64,000 nucleotides of DNA from an uncultured Candidatus Micrarchaeota archaeon. GTDB taxonomy: Archaea; Micrarchaeota; Micrarchaeia; Anstonellales; Bilamarchaeaceae. Position numbers and translations under genes: made by a program. Where the stretch lies: positions 100,849 to 164,848 of the forward strand of contig OY970229.1 of NCBI GenBank assembly GCA_963714085.1. Direction: 5' to 3'. Shown here in pieces: positions 1 through 10,315 of the stretch (positions are counted from its first letter, which is position 1; every line of letters starts with the position of its first letter). Under the pieces are notes generated by a model. That model searched no databases. It had not been told where the DNA came from and worked only from the letters and a program-made list of their open reading frames with translations.

Positions 1-2510
1 TGTAGGTGGTGGAGATTATTACAGAACCGAATGGACTGATTGGTGCGAGTCCTGTGATGGTGCCGTTAAGGGATTGCCCTTGTGCGACGGAGGATGGTGA
101 GAGGGTGAGCGGAGCTATGATAGGATTCACTGTCACGTTGAATGACGCATTGGCTGTGTTACCGTAGGGGTCCGTAGCGCTGCAGTTGACCGGGGTGGTC
201 CCTATCGGGAACATTGAGCCGGATGGAGGCACGCATGAGACGTTGATAGATACGTTGTACTCGTCCTTTGCCGTTGGAGCGTATGTCTCGATTGTACCGT
301 TTGAGGTCGCTGTTGTTACGTTTATGTTGGAGATGCCGCTGATCGTTGGCGGGGTCGTGCCTGGGTTCTCTGTCACCCTGAAGGATGCATTGGCCGTATT
401 GCCGTAGATGTCCGTCGCATTGCAGTTGACCGTGGTGTTACCTATCGGGAACAATGAACCGGATACTGGGGTGCATAAGACCGGTACTGATACGTTGTAC
501 TCGTCCTTTGCCGTCGGGCTGTAGGTCACGTTGTTCGTCAGGTTGGTTGCGGTATTAGTTATATTGGAGATCCCTGAGATGGTCGGCGGGGTCGTGCCTG
601 GGTTCTCTGTCACCCTGAAGGATGCATTGGCCGTATTGCCGTAGATGTCCGTCGCATTGCAGTTGACCGTGGTGTTACCTATCGGGAACAATGAACCGGA
701 TACTGGGGTGCATAAGACCGGTACTGATACGTTGTACTCGTCCTTTGCCGTCGGGCTGTAGGTCACGTTGTTCGTCAGATTGGTTGCTGTCTGGGTGATG
801 TTGGAGATGCCGCTGATCGTTGGCGGGGTCGTGCCTGGATTCTCTGTCACTCTGAAGGATGCATTGGCCGTATTGCCGTAGATGTCCGTCGCATTGCAGT
901 TGACCGTGGTGTTACCTATCGGGAACAATGAACCGGATACTGGGGTGCATAAGACCGGTACTGATACGTTGTACTCGTCCTTTGCCGTCGGGCTGTAGGT
1001 CTCGGTGGAGCCGGTGTAATTCGTTGCGGTGTCGTTTATGTTAGAGATCCCTGAGATAATCGGTGCCACTGTACCTGGGTTCTCAGTCACGTTGAATGAT
1101 TCATTGGCCTGGTTTCCGTAGATGTCGGTTGCGGTGCAGTTCACCGTGGTGTTTCCTATGGGGAACATCGAGCCTGACACCGGGTTGCATATCACAGGCA
1201 CCGACACGTTGTACTCGTCCGTTGCAGTCGGGCTGTAGGTCACGTTGTTCGTCAGGTTGGTCGCGGTCTGGGTGATGTTGGAGATGCCGCTGATCGTTGG
1301 CGGGGTCGTGCCTGGGTTCTCTGTCACCCTGAAGGATGCATTGGCCGTATTGCCGTAGATGTCCGTCGCATTGCAGTTGACCGTGGTGTTTCCTATGGGG
1401 AACATCGAGCCTGACACCGGGTTGCATATCACAGGCACCGACACGTTGTACTCGTCCGTTGCAGTCGGGCTGTAGGTCACGTTGTTCGTCAGGTTGGTTG
1501 CTGTCTGGGTGATGTTGGAGATGCCGCTGATTGTTGGCGGGGTCGTGCCTGGATTCTCTGTCACTCTGAAGGATGCATTGGCCGTATTGCCGTAGATGTC
1601 CGTCGCATTGCAGTTGACCGTGGTGTTACCTATCGGGAACAATGAACCGGATACTGGGGTGCATAAGACCGGTACTGATACGTTGTACTCGTCCTTTGCC
1701 GTCGGGCTGTAGGTCTCGGTGGAGCCGGTGTAATTCGTTGCGGTGTCGTTTATGTTAGAGATCCCTGAGAAGGTCGGCGGGGTGGTGCCCGGGTTCTCAG
1801 TCACGTTGAATGATTCATTGGCCTGGTTTCCGTAGATGTCGGTTGCGGTGCAGTTCACCGTGGTGTTTCCTATGGGGAACATCGAGCCTGACACCGGGTT
1901 GCATATCACAGGCACTGAGACATTGTATTCATCCTTTGCAGTCGGGCTGTAGGTCTCGGTGGAGCCGGTGTAATTCGTTGCGGTGTCGTTTATGTTAGAG
2001 ATCCCTGAGATAATCGGTGCCACTGTACCTGGGTTCTCAGTCACGTTGAATGATTCATTGGCCTGGTTTCCGTAGATGTCGGTTGCGGTGCAGTTCACCG
2101 TGGTGTTTCCTATGGGGAACATAGAGCCTGACACCGGGTTGCATATCACAGGCACCGACACGTTGTACTCGTCCGTTGCAGTCGGGCTGTAGGTCTCGGT
2201 GGAGCCGGTGTAATTCGTTGCGGTGTCGTTTATGTTAGAGATCCCTGAGATGGTCGGCGGGGTCGTGCCTGGATTCTCTGTCACCCTGAAGGATGCATTG
2301 GCCGTATTGCCGTAGATGTCCGTCGCATTGCAGTTGACCGTTGTGTTACCTATCGGGAACATCGAGCCTGACACCGGGTTGCATATCACAGGCACTGATA
2401 CGTTGTACTCGTCCTTTGCCGTCGGGCTGTAGGTCACGTTGTTCGTCAGGTTGGTTGCTGTCTGGGTGATGTTGGAGATGCCTGAGATTACTGGTGGAAT
2501 TGTGTCCACC
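1..2510 (-). repeat. About 10.5 tandem copies of a 240-bp coding repeat (two alternating subtypes, >90% nucleotide identity) encoding the HYR/Ig-like modules of the giant protein
   Basis: The marker string gggttctctgtcaccctgaaggatgcattggccgtattgccgtagatgtcc... (or the variant gggttctcagtcacgttgaatgattcattggcc...) recurs at about 360, 596, 836, 1075, 1313, 1552, 1791, 2033 and 2273. The period is 238-242 bp. Confidence 0.85.
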
Positions 2511-5500
2511 GTGAAGCTCCTTGTTTCTGAGAAGTTGGTTTCGTTTGCAAGGTCGGTGCAGTTTATGAACCAGTTGTGATAGCCGTCTGCGATGCCTAAA
2601 AGCGGGAAGTCGGTTGCCGTGCTGTTCTGGGTAGTCGCATTCGTCTGGTTCAGGTTCCCGTCCAGGTATAACGAGCAGCTCAGGGTTGGATAATAGTCGT
2701 CGCTCGCATTGAATGCGAAGTCGATCGAACCCGAGTTCGTGATATAGGCATCTGGCGGGAACATGAGGTTGATCGTCGGTATGGTTGTGACATTGTTTTG
2801 CAGTATACCATAGGTGCTTGACGGGATCAGGCCCGTGAAGCCGAGCGTGTCCGCGACGGTGTCGGGGGTGTTGTTCAGCCTGGTCCAGCCTGAGGCGTCG
2901 GACTCCCAGAGCTCGAATTTGGTGTCGTTGTATCCGCTAAGCTCGGAATCCTGCCAGCTCCAGGTAACGGAATCGATGGAAACGCCCGCGCTCTGGTTTT
3001 TTATGTCGACGAATTTGTTGAAACTGATGGGAGCGCTGGCAGGCAGCGCGGTGGAGTTCCTGCTCCAGTTTATCGTGTAGGACTCCCCGCCTGCCGCGAG
3101 GGAATCGTTTATTGATAGCGAGGTGTTGGCCATGGAGCCGGACGGGTCCAGGAAGGTCGTGTTTGCCATGTTGTAGGTGACGCCGTTGTTGCTGTAGGCA
3201 TAGAAGTCGTAGTCGTTCCGGAAGAGCGTGGTGTTCCAGAACTGGTTCCCGGCCGAGCCGCCGAACTGGCTTATTATCGCCATGCCATATGCGGGATTGC
3301 CTGGAGAACCGGTATTGTTGTACGCGCTGTTCCCGATGAACGTATTGCCGTTGGCGTCGAAAAGCCGGAAGCCGTACTGCGTGTTGTTGTACGCGTTGTT
3401 GTAGAGGTAGGTGTCATTGGTGCAGCTGATGGCGAAGCCGTACAGCGTGTTGTTGTACGCGTTGTTCCCGGTGAAGGTGTTGTTCTCGCATGAGATGAGA
3501 TGGAAGCCCTCGCTGCCGCCGGAGACGTTGTTCCCGCTGAAGGAGTTGTTGTTCGCGAGCCCGCCCAGGTAGAAGCCGTAGTCCGCGTTCCCCAAGACGA
3601 CGTTGTCCGTGAACGTGTTGTCGGAGGCGCCGGATTCGATGCGGAATCCGGCATAGGAATCGTTATACACCGTGTTGCCGCTGAAGATGCTGGCCGAAGC
3701 GCCAGAGGCGTAGAAGCCGTTGAAGCACTGGGATACGGAATTGTTGGAATAGACGTTTCCGGTCCCGAGCGAGGCGATGCAGGTATCGGTGTCGTTGTAC
3801 ACGCTATTGTTGGAGATGTCGCCTCCTGAGAGGGAACCCGTGTAAATGCCGTAGTAATAGCCGCTGATTCCTGCGCAGTTCTCCACCGTGACGTTGGTGA
3901 GCGAGCCGTTGATGGCTATGCCGAAGGTCGTCCCTGCGGTGCCGTTGTTGGCTATGCTGTAGCCGTTGCAGTCGAAGACCACGTCGGATGCGGCTATTTT
4001 CACGCAGACCGTGCCGCTCAGCTCCGGAGCGCCGTTCGGCGCCCCGGTGTAGTTCATGTCCTGGGTGTATGTTCCGCTCTCGTTGATGACCGGGCAGTTG
4101 ATGGTGCTGTTCCCGAATATGCCATAGTCGCTTCCAGGAGAGAGATCAGTCAAGGCTAAGGTATCCGAAGAGAGGTCGGGGGTGACGTTCAGCGGGGTCC
4201 AGCCGCTGGAGTTGTACACCCACAGCTGGAAAGTGCTCTGGTCGTATCCGTTGGCTTCCCCATCGGTCCAGCTCCAGACGATGCTGTCGATGGACACCGG
4301 GGGGCTTAACGCGGAGATGTTCACGAACGTCTGGGCGAAGGGCTGGTAGGGGGGCGCGGTCTCGTTGGCCGTCCAGTTTATGGCGTATTCCTCGCCGTTG
4401 TTGACGATGTCGTTGATGCTCAGGTTGGTGAAGTTCTCCATCGAGCCGGTCGGGTTGTCGAAGACGATGCCGGAGAGGTTGATCGTGATAGGGGGGCCGG
4501 AATAATCCGCCACGTCCAGGTCATAGCCGTTGTTGGACAGGTATTGGCCCGTCACAGAGGTCTGGTCGGAGCCCATGGACAAGCCGACATGTGAGTTGTT
4601 GGTAGCGCGGTTGTCATCCATGGAATTATTGGTCCCGGATATCGTGATGCCGGTGTGACCGTTGTTGTCGGCGCTGTTGTTGGACAGGCTGTTGTTGCCG
4701 CCATAGAGCCCGATGCCGTCCCATGCGTTGTTGTCAGCGCTGTTGCCGTACAGGGTGTTGTTGTCGCCACCGAGCCCGATGCCGTCATCCCCGTTGTTGT
4801 CGGCGCTGTTGTTGGACAGGGTGTTGTTGCCGCCACTGAGCCCGATGCCCTCGTAAGACTCGTTGTCGCAGCTGTTGTTCGTGATGTTGTTATTGGAACC
4901 TGTGATCTCAATTCCGAGGTTATTGCCGTCCAAGTCATTATTATATATGGCAGTATTGTCCGTTGGAGGAGAACTGGAGTGGATGCCACCATAACTGTTA
5001 TTGTTGACGCGATTGCCGGATATCGTCTCCTGGCTCGAATTATCGAGCGCGATGGCGTCTTCGTTGTTGTATATGCTGTTGTCATCAAGCGTATTCTGGT
5101 CCGATGAGGAATAGAGGGCGATGGCCGAGTAGCCGCCGTTGGTGAACGTGTTGTTGGCGATGGTATTGTTGCTCGAGGTATCGAGCACGAGGCCGATGTT
5201 GCTGTCGTTGCTCACGCTGTTGTTATACAAGGTATTGTTGTTGCTCCCGAAACCGAAGAAGATGCCGTAATCGTTGTTGTGGTCGATGCTATTGTCGTAT
5301 ATGACATTGTTGCTCGATGAATCGGTGTCGTTATTGTAACCGCCCAGGCCGATGCTGTAATCACTGTCGTAGTCGAGATGGTTGTCGTATATGCGGTTGT
5401 TGTTGGATTTGTTGAGGTATATGCCGTTCGCGTTCGAGAAGCTGTTGTTGGAGAAATCATTGCCATGCAGGGCGTTACTGTCCGATGAATCGAGCACGAT

Positions 5501-6715
5501 GCCGGCACCGCGGTTGTAGTACGCGTTGATGTTCGTGAATTCGCTGCCGTCGGACTGGTTGGCGTAGATGCCGTCTTCGTATCTGGATATCCAGGGGCAG
5601 TTCTCCACCGTGACGTCTGTGAGGGGCCCGACCAGCAGGATGCCGTAGGTGGGGCCGCCGGTGCCGCCATTGGTGATGCTGTGGCCGTTGCAGTTGTAGA
5701 CGACGTCGGAGGCCGTGATCTCCACGCAGGCCGAGCCGGCGAGCGGAGACGCATCGTTCGGTTCACCGACGTAGTCCATGCCCTGGGTATAGGTGCCGCC
5801 CGAGCTGATGACCGGGCAGCCAACGGAGATTATGCCGCCCTGGAGTATGCCGTACTCGCCCGCCGGAGTGAAGTTCGTCAAGGCCAAAGTGTGCGAAGAT
5901 GTGTCCGGGGTCTCGTTCACCACGTACCAATACCCTCCGTAGAGACCGTTCCAGAGGCTGAGGTTGCTCTCGTTGTATCCTAAGGCTTCCGTGGCGGTCC
6001 AGCTCCATACTGCGCTGTCGATCGTCAGCGGGGGGGAGGCGTACAAATCGATGCGCACGAACTTCTGGATGAAAGACTCGCGGGGAGTCGGGGTATCATT
6101 GGCCATCCAGCTGATGGAGAAGCCTCCGACGTCGTTCAAGGTGTCGTTGACGCTCAGATTCGTGTAGTTCTCCATGGTGCCTGAAGGATTATCGAAGATC
6201 ATGCCGGATAGGCTGACCGAGAACGGGTTGCCGATATCGTCATGGACTATCAGGTCGTTGGTGTTGTTGGAGAAGTACTGGCCCTGCACCACGGTCTGGT
6301 CGGAGTCCTGTATATACAATCCGGTATTGGAATTGTTCATTGCTGCGTCATTGATCAGGCTGATGATTGCTGACTGGTAGACGAAGATGCCATTGGAGTA
6401 GCCGGAAATCCCCGGGCAGTTCTGTATCGTGACGTTGCTGACCTCCGAGGGGACCGCGATGCCGTAGGTGGTGCCGCCCGTGCCGTCATTTATTATGTAG
6501 TGGCCGTCGCAGTCTAAGACGACGTCAGAAGCCAAGATCTTCACGCAGGCCAAGCCGCCATCGGGCATCTCTGAAGCGCTGTTGGGGGCTCCGGTCAGGT
6601 CCGCCGTCAGCGTGTAAGAGTCAGAGGCGCTTATCACCTGGCAGCTTCCGATTCCGGTCGGGTACGATACGCCCATCAGGAGCAGGAACACCACGAGGAC
6701 AAAAATGGATTTCAT
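1..6715 (-). CDS. Giant secreted surface/adhesin-like protein, partial (C-terminus beyond position 1). Domain order: signal peptide, three NosD-like right-handed beta-helix modules each followed by a WSW-containing beta domain, then at least 10 tandem 80-aa HYR/Ig-like repeats.
   Basis: My own translation of the minus strand gives an uninterrupted frame from ATG at 6715..6713 (MKSIFVLVVFLLLMGVSYPTGIGSCQ...) to position 1, more than 2,230 aa. The motif C[VT][KE]I.ASDVV.[DN]C[DN]G[HY]SI.N.GTGG.TYGI recurs three times. Stretches of NNS/NNT beta-helix rungs (NosD/pectin-lyase-like) follow. The repeat unit ...TVNCNATDIYGNTANASFRVTENPG... is HYR-like. N-x-S/T sequons are abundant. It is absent from the supplied ORF track only because no stop lies inside the window. 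A TATA-like ATTAATAAAG sits about 25-35 nt upstream. Confidence 0.8.
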   Translation of the reverse strand, partial: MKSIFVLVVFLLLMGVSYPTGIGSCQVISASDSYTLTADLTGAPNSASEMPDGGLACVKILASDVVLDCDGHYIINDGTGGTTYGIAVPSEVSNVTIQNCPGISGYSNGIFVYQSAIISLINDAAMNNSNTGLYIQDSDQTVVQGQYFSNNTNDLIVHDDIGNPFSVSLSGMIFDNPSGTMENYTNLSVNDTLNDVGGFSISWMANDTPTPRESFIQKFVRIDLYASPPLTIDSAVWSWTATEALGYNESNLSLWNGLYGGYWYVVNETPDTSSHTLALTNFTPAGEYGILQGGIISVGCPVISSGGTYTQGMDYVGEPNDASPLAGSACVEITASDVVYNCNGHSITNGGTGGPTYGILLVGPLTDVTVENCPWISRYEDGIYANQSDGSEFTNINAYYNRGAGIVLDSSDSNALHGNDFSNNSFSNANGIYLNKSNNNRIYDNHLDYDSDYSIGLGGYNNDTDSSSNNVIYDNSIDHNNDYGIFFGFGSNNNTLYNNSVSNDSNIGLVLDTSSNNTIANNTFTNGGYSAIALYSSSDQNTLDDNSIYNNEDAIALDNSSQETISGNRVNNNSYGGIHSSSPPTDNTAIYNNDLDGNNLGIEITGSNNNITNNSCDNESYEGIGLSGGNNTLSNNSADNNGDDGIGLGGDNNTLYGNSADNNAWDGIGLYGGNNSLSNNSADNNGHTGITISGTNNSMDDNRATNNSHVGLSMGSDQTSVTGQYLSNNGYDLDVADYSGPPITINLSGIVFDNPTGSMENFTNLSINDIVNNGEEYAINWTANETAPPYQPFAQTFVNISALSPPVSIDSIVWSWTDGEANGYDQSTFQLWVYNSSGWTPLNVTPDLSSDTLALTDLSPGSDYGIFGNSTINCPVINESGTYTQDMNYTGAPNGAPELSGTVCVKIAASDVVFDCNGYSIANNGTAGTTFGIAINGSLTNVTVENCAGISGYYYGIYTGSLSGGDISNNSVYNDTDTCIASLGTGNVYSNNSVSQCFNGFYASGASASIFSGNTVYNDSYAGFRIESGASDNTFTDNVVLGNADYGFYLGGLANNNSFSGNNVSGGSEGFHLISCENNTFTGNNAYNNTLYGFAISCTNDTYLYNNAYNNTQYGFRLFDANGNTFIGNSAYNNTGSPGNPAYGMAIISQFGGSAGNQFWNTTLFRNDYDFYAYSNNGVTYNMANTTFLDPSGSMANTSLSINDSLAAGGESYTINWSRNSTALPASAPISFNKFVDIKNQSAGVSIDSVTWSWQDSELSGYNDTKFELWESDASGWTRLNNTPDTVADTLGFTGLIPSSTYGILQNNVTTIPTINLMFPPDAYITNSGSIDFAFNASDDYYPTLSCSLYLDGNLNQTNATTQNSTATDFPLLGIADGYHNWFINCTDLANETNFSETRSFTVDTIPPVISGISNITQTATNLTNNVTYSPTAKDEYNVSVPVICNPVSGSMFPIGNTTVNCNATDIYGNTANASFRVTENPGTTPPTISGISNINDTATNYTGSTETYSPTATDEYNVSVPVICNPVSGSMFPIGNTTVNCTATDIYGNQANESFNVTENPGTVAPIISGISNINDTATNYTGSTETYSPTAKDEYNVSVPVICNPVSGSMFPIGNTTVNCTATDIYGNQANESFNVTENPGTTPPTFSGISNINDTATNYTGSTETYSPTAKDEYNVSVPVLCTPVSGSLFPIGNTTVNCNATDIYGNTANASFRVTENPGTTPPTISGISNITQTATNLTNNVTYSPTATDEYNVSVPVICNPVSGSMFPIGNTTVNCNATDIYGNTANASFRVTENPGTTPPTISGISNITQTATNLTNNVTYSPTATDEYNVSVPVICNPVSGSMFPIGNTTVNCTATDIYGNQANESFNVTENPGTVAPIISGISNINDTATNYTGSTETYSPTAKDEYNVSVPVLCTPVSGSLFPIGNTTVNCNATDIYGNTANASFRVTENPGTTPPTISGISNITQTATNLTNNVTYSPTAKDEYNVSVPVLCTPVSGSLFPIGNTTVNCNATDIYGNTANASFRVTENPGTTPPTISGISNITNTATNLTNNVTYSPTAKDEYNVSVPVLCTPVSGSLFPIGNTTVNCNATDIYGNTANASFRVTENPGTTPPTISGISNINVTTATSNGTIETYAPTAKDEYNVSINVSCVPPSGSMFPIGTTPVNCSATDPYGNTANASFNVTVNPIIAPLTLSPSSVAQGQSLNGTITGLAPISPFGSVIISTTY

Positions 6716-6780
6716 ATTGCCCCTATCGGAATTAACTTTATTAATGTTGCTCATCGAGCACCCGGCATCGCGACGCAGCC

Positions 6781-7497
6781 CTAGAGCTTCAAATCCTTGG
6801 CCAATCGCACGACCTGGAAGAGCTCGTTGAGCTTCTCGTAGTCGGATATCCTGCCGATGTCGAACCATACGTCGTCGAAGACGTAGGGCGCGATGCGCTC
6901 GCCCTTCTCGAGCATGCGGGGGAAGACGCTCTTCGCGAAGTCCTCCTTCTCGCGGATGTAGCCGAAGACCTCGGGCTCGAACACGTACATGGCCACGTTG
7001 TAGTTCTCCTGCAGCAGGGGCTTCTCCTTGAACGATTTTATGCCGTGAGCGTCGACCTCCGCGACCCCGTACTCTATTGGGAGCATGTGCTTGAGCAGCG
7101 CGATGGTCGCGACCGCCTTCTCTTTCTTATGGTGCTCCACCATGGCCTTGAGGTCTATGTTCGTGATATGGTCGCCCATGACCACCAGGAAGGTCTCGCT
7201 GATCTTCCCCCTGCATGGCAGTATGGAGCCCGCGGTGCTGAGCGGCTCCTTCTCCACCGAGTACTCTATCTTGACGCCGGAGTCCTTCCCGTCCCCGAAA
7301 TAACCCTCTATCTGCTCGTGCTTGTAGCCGACCGTGAGCACCAGGTCCTTGAAGCCGTTCCTCTTCAGGTTCTCTATCACGTACCAGAGTATCGGCTTCC
7401 CCCCGACCATGAGCATCGGTTTCGGCGTGTAATATGTGTACGGCTTGAGCCGGGTGCCTTCCCCACCGCAGAGTACGAATGCCTTCATTTCAATCAC
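6781..7497 (-). CDS. Sugar-phosphate nucleotidyltransferase (NTP-transferase family; glucose-1-P thymidylyl/uridylyl or mannose-1-P guanylyltransferase-like)
   Basis: The N-terminus is LCGGEGTRLKPYT, a G-G-x-G-T-R-L nucleotide-binding signature. The 238-aa length fits the family. It lies immediately upstream of the giant glycoprotein gene and on the same strand. Confidence 0.8.
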   Translation of the reverse strand: MIEMKAFVLCGGEGTRLKPYTYYTPKPMLMVGGKPILWYVIENLKRNGFKDLVLTVGYKHEQIEGYFGDGKDSGVKIEYSVEKEPLSTAGSILPCRGKISETFLVVMGDHITNIDLKAMVEHHKKEKAVATIALLKHMLPIEYGVAEVDAHGIKSFKEKPLLQENYNVAMYVFEPEVFGYIREKEDFAKSVFPRMLEKGERIAPYVFDDVWFDIGRISDYEKLNELFQVVRLAKDLKL

Positions 7498-7501
7498 CTT
7501 G

Positions 7502-8119
7502 TCATCTTAGCAGGAAAAAACCTATTAATGCTCCGGTGAGCGAGCACACGAAGTTCGTGGTGCCCTTGGTGCCCAGCCCCCTCTCCTCCAGGACCCCGAA
7601 TAGGCTGTCCACCAGGGAGCCGGCGAACCCGGCGAGCCCTATGAATAGCGCGACGCTCGCGTTTATGTCGAACACGTACATGGCGCAGAACCCTATGGCG
7701 GTCGCCCCGGCCAGCGATGCGACGGTCCCCATGAGCGTGATCGCGCCGCTCCGGCCGGGCTTGGCGGGCTTCATGGTCGCCAGGTCCACGGGGTTCCCGC
7801 CCAGCACGCCGATCTCGGATGCGAACTTGTCCGCGGTCACGGCCGCCACGCAGCAGAGGTACGGCATCGGACCGATGGCCGGGTTGATCAGCGCGAGCAC
7901 GGTCGGCAGGAAGCCGTTCGAGAGCACGTTCTCCCAGCCGCGCTCGTGCTCGTAGATGCCCATTTCGCGCTTTGATTCGTGCTCGTAGCCGGTAACCGCG
8001 AGCGCGAGCACGAAGAAGACGAGCATGAGCGCCAGGTACGGCGCGCCCCCGCTCCAGAATATGAGGATGCCCATGGCCACCGCGAGGATTATGCCCTCCT
8101 TGTCAAGCGGCCTGGCCAC
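7502..8119 (-). CDS. DUF92/TIGR00297-family polytopic membrane protein
   Basis: 205 aa. It has multiple hydrophobic helices and Gly-rich segments (GAITLMGTVASLAGATAIGF). The gap to the downstream nucleotidyltransferase is 4 nt on the same strand. Confidence 0.6.
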   Translation of the reverse strand: MARPLDKEGIILAVAMGILIFWSGGAPYLALMLVFFVLALAVTGYEHESKREMGIYEHERGWENVLSNGFLPTVLALINPAIGPMPYLCCVAAVTADKFASEIGVLGGNPVDLATMKPAKPGRSGAITLMGTVASLAGATAIGFCAMYVFDINASVALFIGLAGFAGSLVDSLFGVLEERGLGTKGTTNFVCSLTGALIGFFLLR

Positions 8120-8147
8120 CCGTTCACCTTTTGGGACTAAGAAAAGA

Positions 8148-8456
8148 TCATTTGACCAGCGTTATCTCGATGGCCGAGACCTTGGACAGCGAGCCGTCCT
8201 CGGAGGTCAGCTCCTCGGTCGAGATGTTGATGCCCTTGAGCTGGGCGTTCGGCATGAACCTGTGCCTCACGATCTCCGCGACGTCCACGGCCCTGGAGAT
8301 CAGCTTGCCCCTGGCCTTGACCGAGACCTCGTTCGCGCCGTTGTTGAACTGGGTCACGACCGCCAGCACGTAGCCCATCGCGCTTTTCTTCCCGACGTAG
8401 ACTATGTTGTCGTCCCTTCTCCGTTCTGGCAATTCTTCCTGCGCTTCGGTTTCCAT
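8148..8456 (-). CDS. albA: Chromatin protein Alba (DNA/RNA-binding)
   Basis: [21 protein letters not shown]...[24 protein letters not shown] matches the Alba core. The true start is the internal Met (METEAQ...) of the 216-aa track ORF. The upstream extension of that ORF overlaps the abcE1 promoter and gene. Confidence 0.85.
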   Translation of the reverse strand: METEAQEELPERRRDDNIVYVGKKSAMGYVLAVVTQFNNGANEVSVKARGKLISRAVDVAEIVRHRFMPNAQLKGINISTEELTSEDGSLSKVSAIEITLVK

Positions 8457-8541
8457 TGAAATACCCCCCTGCTCGTTGATGAAGTCGTAGAACTTAGCTA
8501 AGACAAGTAATTTAAAGGTTTGTCCGGTCCAATCCACTCTT

Positions 8542-10308
8542 ATGCCTACGAGAATCGCAGTGATAGACAGGAACATCTGCATCAGGGCCAAGTGCGGGTA
8601 CCTCTGTGCCAAGGTCTGCCCGCCGAACAGGATGGGGGAGGAATGCATCACCGTGGAGAAGGAGAGCGACTTCCCGGTCATATCCGAGGAGCTCTGCATA
8701 GGCTGCGGGCTCTGCGTGAAGAAGTGCCCTGTCAGCTGCATCACCATCATAAACCTCGCCGGCGAGCTGGAGGACCCGATATACCAGTACGGCATCAACG
8801 CCTTCAGGCTCTACGGGCTCCCGCTGCCCAAGGAGGGCGGCGCGGTGTCGCTCGTGGGCAAGAACGGCATAGGGAAGACGACCGCGATCAGGCTGCTGAG
8901 CAGGCAGCTGAGGCCGAATTTCGCGTCCTTCGGAACCGAACTCACGGACGCCCAGATGCTGGGGAAGCTGTCCATGGAGGTGCGCCGCTATTTCGAGGGG
9001 CTGACCGGCGAGCTGAGGATAAGCTCCAAGCCGCAGTACATAGACAGGATAAGGGAGCTCTCCAAGGGGACCGTGCGCACCCTGCTCAAGAGCTCCAAGG
9101 CCGGCGATGCGAAGATAGAGGAGGCGGTGAGGACATTCGCACTTGACGAGATACTCTCGCGCCGCATCTCCCAGCTGAGCGGCGGGGAGCTGCAGAAGGC
9201 CGCCATCGCGACCGCCTGGCTCAAGGACGCGGACATCTACTATTTCGACGAGGTGACCAATTACCTCGACATAGAGGAGCGCCTGCGCATGGCGGTGATA
9301 CTCCGGGACCTTGCCGAGCGCAAGAGCGTGCTCATGGCGGAGCACGACCTCACGATACTGGATTATGTCAGCACCTACGTATATCTCTTGTATGGCGAGG
9401 AGAACACCTACGGTGTGGTCTCCCACGTGAAGAACGCCCGCTCCGGGATAAACGAGTACCTGGGCGGCTTCCTCAAAGACGAGAACGTCAGGTTCCGCGA
9501 CATCGAGATAGAGTTCAGCAGGCACAGCGAGTCCGAGATAAAGACCGCCGCGGTGCTCAAGTACGAGCCGCTCTCCAAGTCCTTCGGCAGCGGAGGCGGG
9601 TTCTCATTCACGTCGGATGCGGGCGAGCTGAGGAAGGGGGAGATACTCGGCCTGGTGGGCAAGAACGCCTTGGGGAAATCGCTCTTCGTCAAGATGCTCG
9701 CGGGCGTGGAGAAGCCGGATTCCGGCCTGGCGATAAGCAAGAAGGTCTCCTACAAGCCGCAGTACATATCCGCGGAGGAGGTCCAGGTGCAGGAGATGTT
9801 CGCGTCGCGGAAGATAGAAGGCGCGGTGTTCGAGGAGGCCAAGAGGAGGCTGAAGCTCGGCCCGCTCATGGAGAAGAAACTGACCGAGCTCTCCGGAGGG
9901 GAGTTGCAGCGGGTCGCGTGCACGCTCGCGCTCAGCCAGGAGGCGGACATCTATCTTTTCGACGAGCCGAGCGCGTTCCTTGACATCGAGCAGAGGTTCG
10001 AGTTCGCGAAGCTGCTCCGCAGCGTGATAAGCGAGTCGGAGAAAGCCGCGTTCGTGGTCGACCACGACATCGTGTTCGTGGACGCGATCGCGAACAGATT
10101 GGTTGTTTTCGACGGCCACAGCTCTGTGAAAGGACATGCGTCCAAGCCCATGGACAAGCGCGAGGGCATGAACGGGTTCCTGAAAGTCGCGGGCGTGACC
10201 ATGAGGCGCGACAAGGACACGAACCGGCCGAGGATAAACAAGCCCGGGAGCCAGCTGGACGCCGAGCAGAAGGCCGCTGGCGAGTACTTCTATTTCGAGA
10301 GGAAATGA
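8542..10308 (+). CDS. abcE1: ABCE1/RNase L inhibitor-type ribosome-recycling ATPase (N-terminal 4Fe-4S ferredoxin-like domain plus twin ABC cassettes)
   Basis: The N-terminus has [17 protein letters not shown] and [12 protein letters not shown] cysteine clusters. Two Walker A motifs ([17 protein letters not shown]) and two LSGGELQ signatures are present. The 588-aa length is typical. Confidence 0.9.
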   Translation: MPTRIAVIDRNICIRAKCGYLCAKVCPPNRMGEECITVEKESDFPVISEELCIGCGLCVKKCPVSCITIINLAGELEDPIYQYGINAFRLYGLPLPKEGGAVSLVGKNGIGKTTAIRLLSRQLRPNFASFGTELTDAQMLGKLSMEVRRYFEGLTGELRISSKPQYIDRIRELSKGTVRTLLKSSKAGDAKIEEAVRTFALDEILSRRISQLSGGELQKAAIATAWLKDADIYYFDEVTNYLDIEERLRMAVILRDLAERKSVLMAEHDLTILDYVSTYVYLLYGEENTYGVVSHVKNARSGINEYLGGFLKDENVRFRDIEIEFSRHSESEIKTAAVLKYEPLSKSFGSGGGFSFTSDAGELRKGEILGLVGKNALGKSLFVKMLAGVEKPDSGLAISKKVSYKPQYISAEEVQVQEMFASRKIEGAVFEEAKRRLKLGPLMEKKLTELSGGELQRVACTLALSQEADIYLFDEPSAFLDIEQRFEFAKLLRSVISESEKAAFVVDHDIVFVDAIANRLVVFDGHSSVKGHASKPMDKREGMNGFLKVAGVTMRRDKDTNRPRINKPGSQLDAEQKAAGEYFYFERK

Positions 10309-10315
10309 GCCGGGT

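Noticed and set aside
1-2510. Possible CRISPR array suggested by regular tandem repeats
   Set aside because: The period is 240 bp and there are no unique spacers. The repeats are in-frame coding units of the HYR-like domain.
1101-6008. Track ORFs inside the first 6.7 kb (1101..1427, 3274..3654, 4552..5088, 5212..5823, 5763..6008 and plus-strand ones)
   Set aside because: All are off-frame relative to the continuous minus-strand giant ORF that I translated end to end. They are Pro/Thr/Arg-rich, as expected for alternative frames of a repetitive GC-rich gene.
8457-8798. 5' extension of the Alba ORF to 216 aa
   Set aside because: The extension runs antisense through the abcE1 start and promoter and lacks Alba homology. 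The internal Met gives a canonical Alba of about 100 aa.
8520-9525. ORFs 8520..9146 (+) and 8512..9525 (-) overlapping abcE1
   Set aside because: They are alternative-frame or antisense ORFs with Arg/Gly/His-rich low-complexity translations. The abcE1 frame carries unambiguous Fe-S and ABC motifs.
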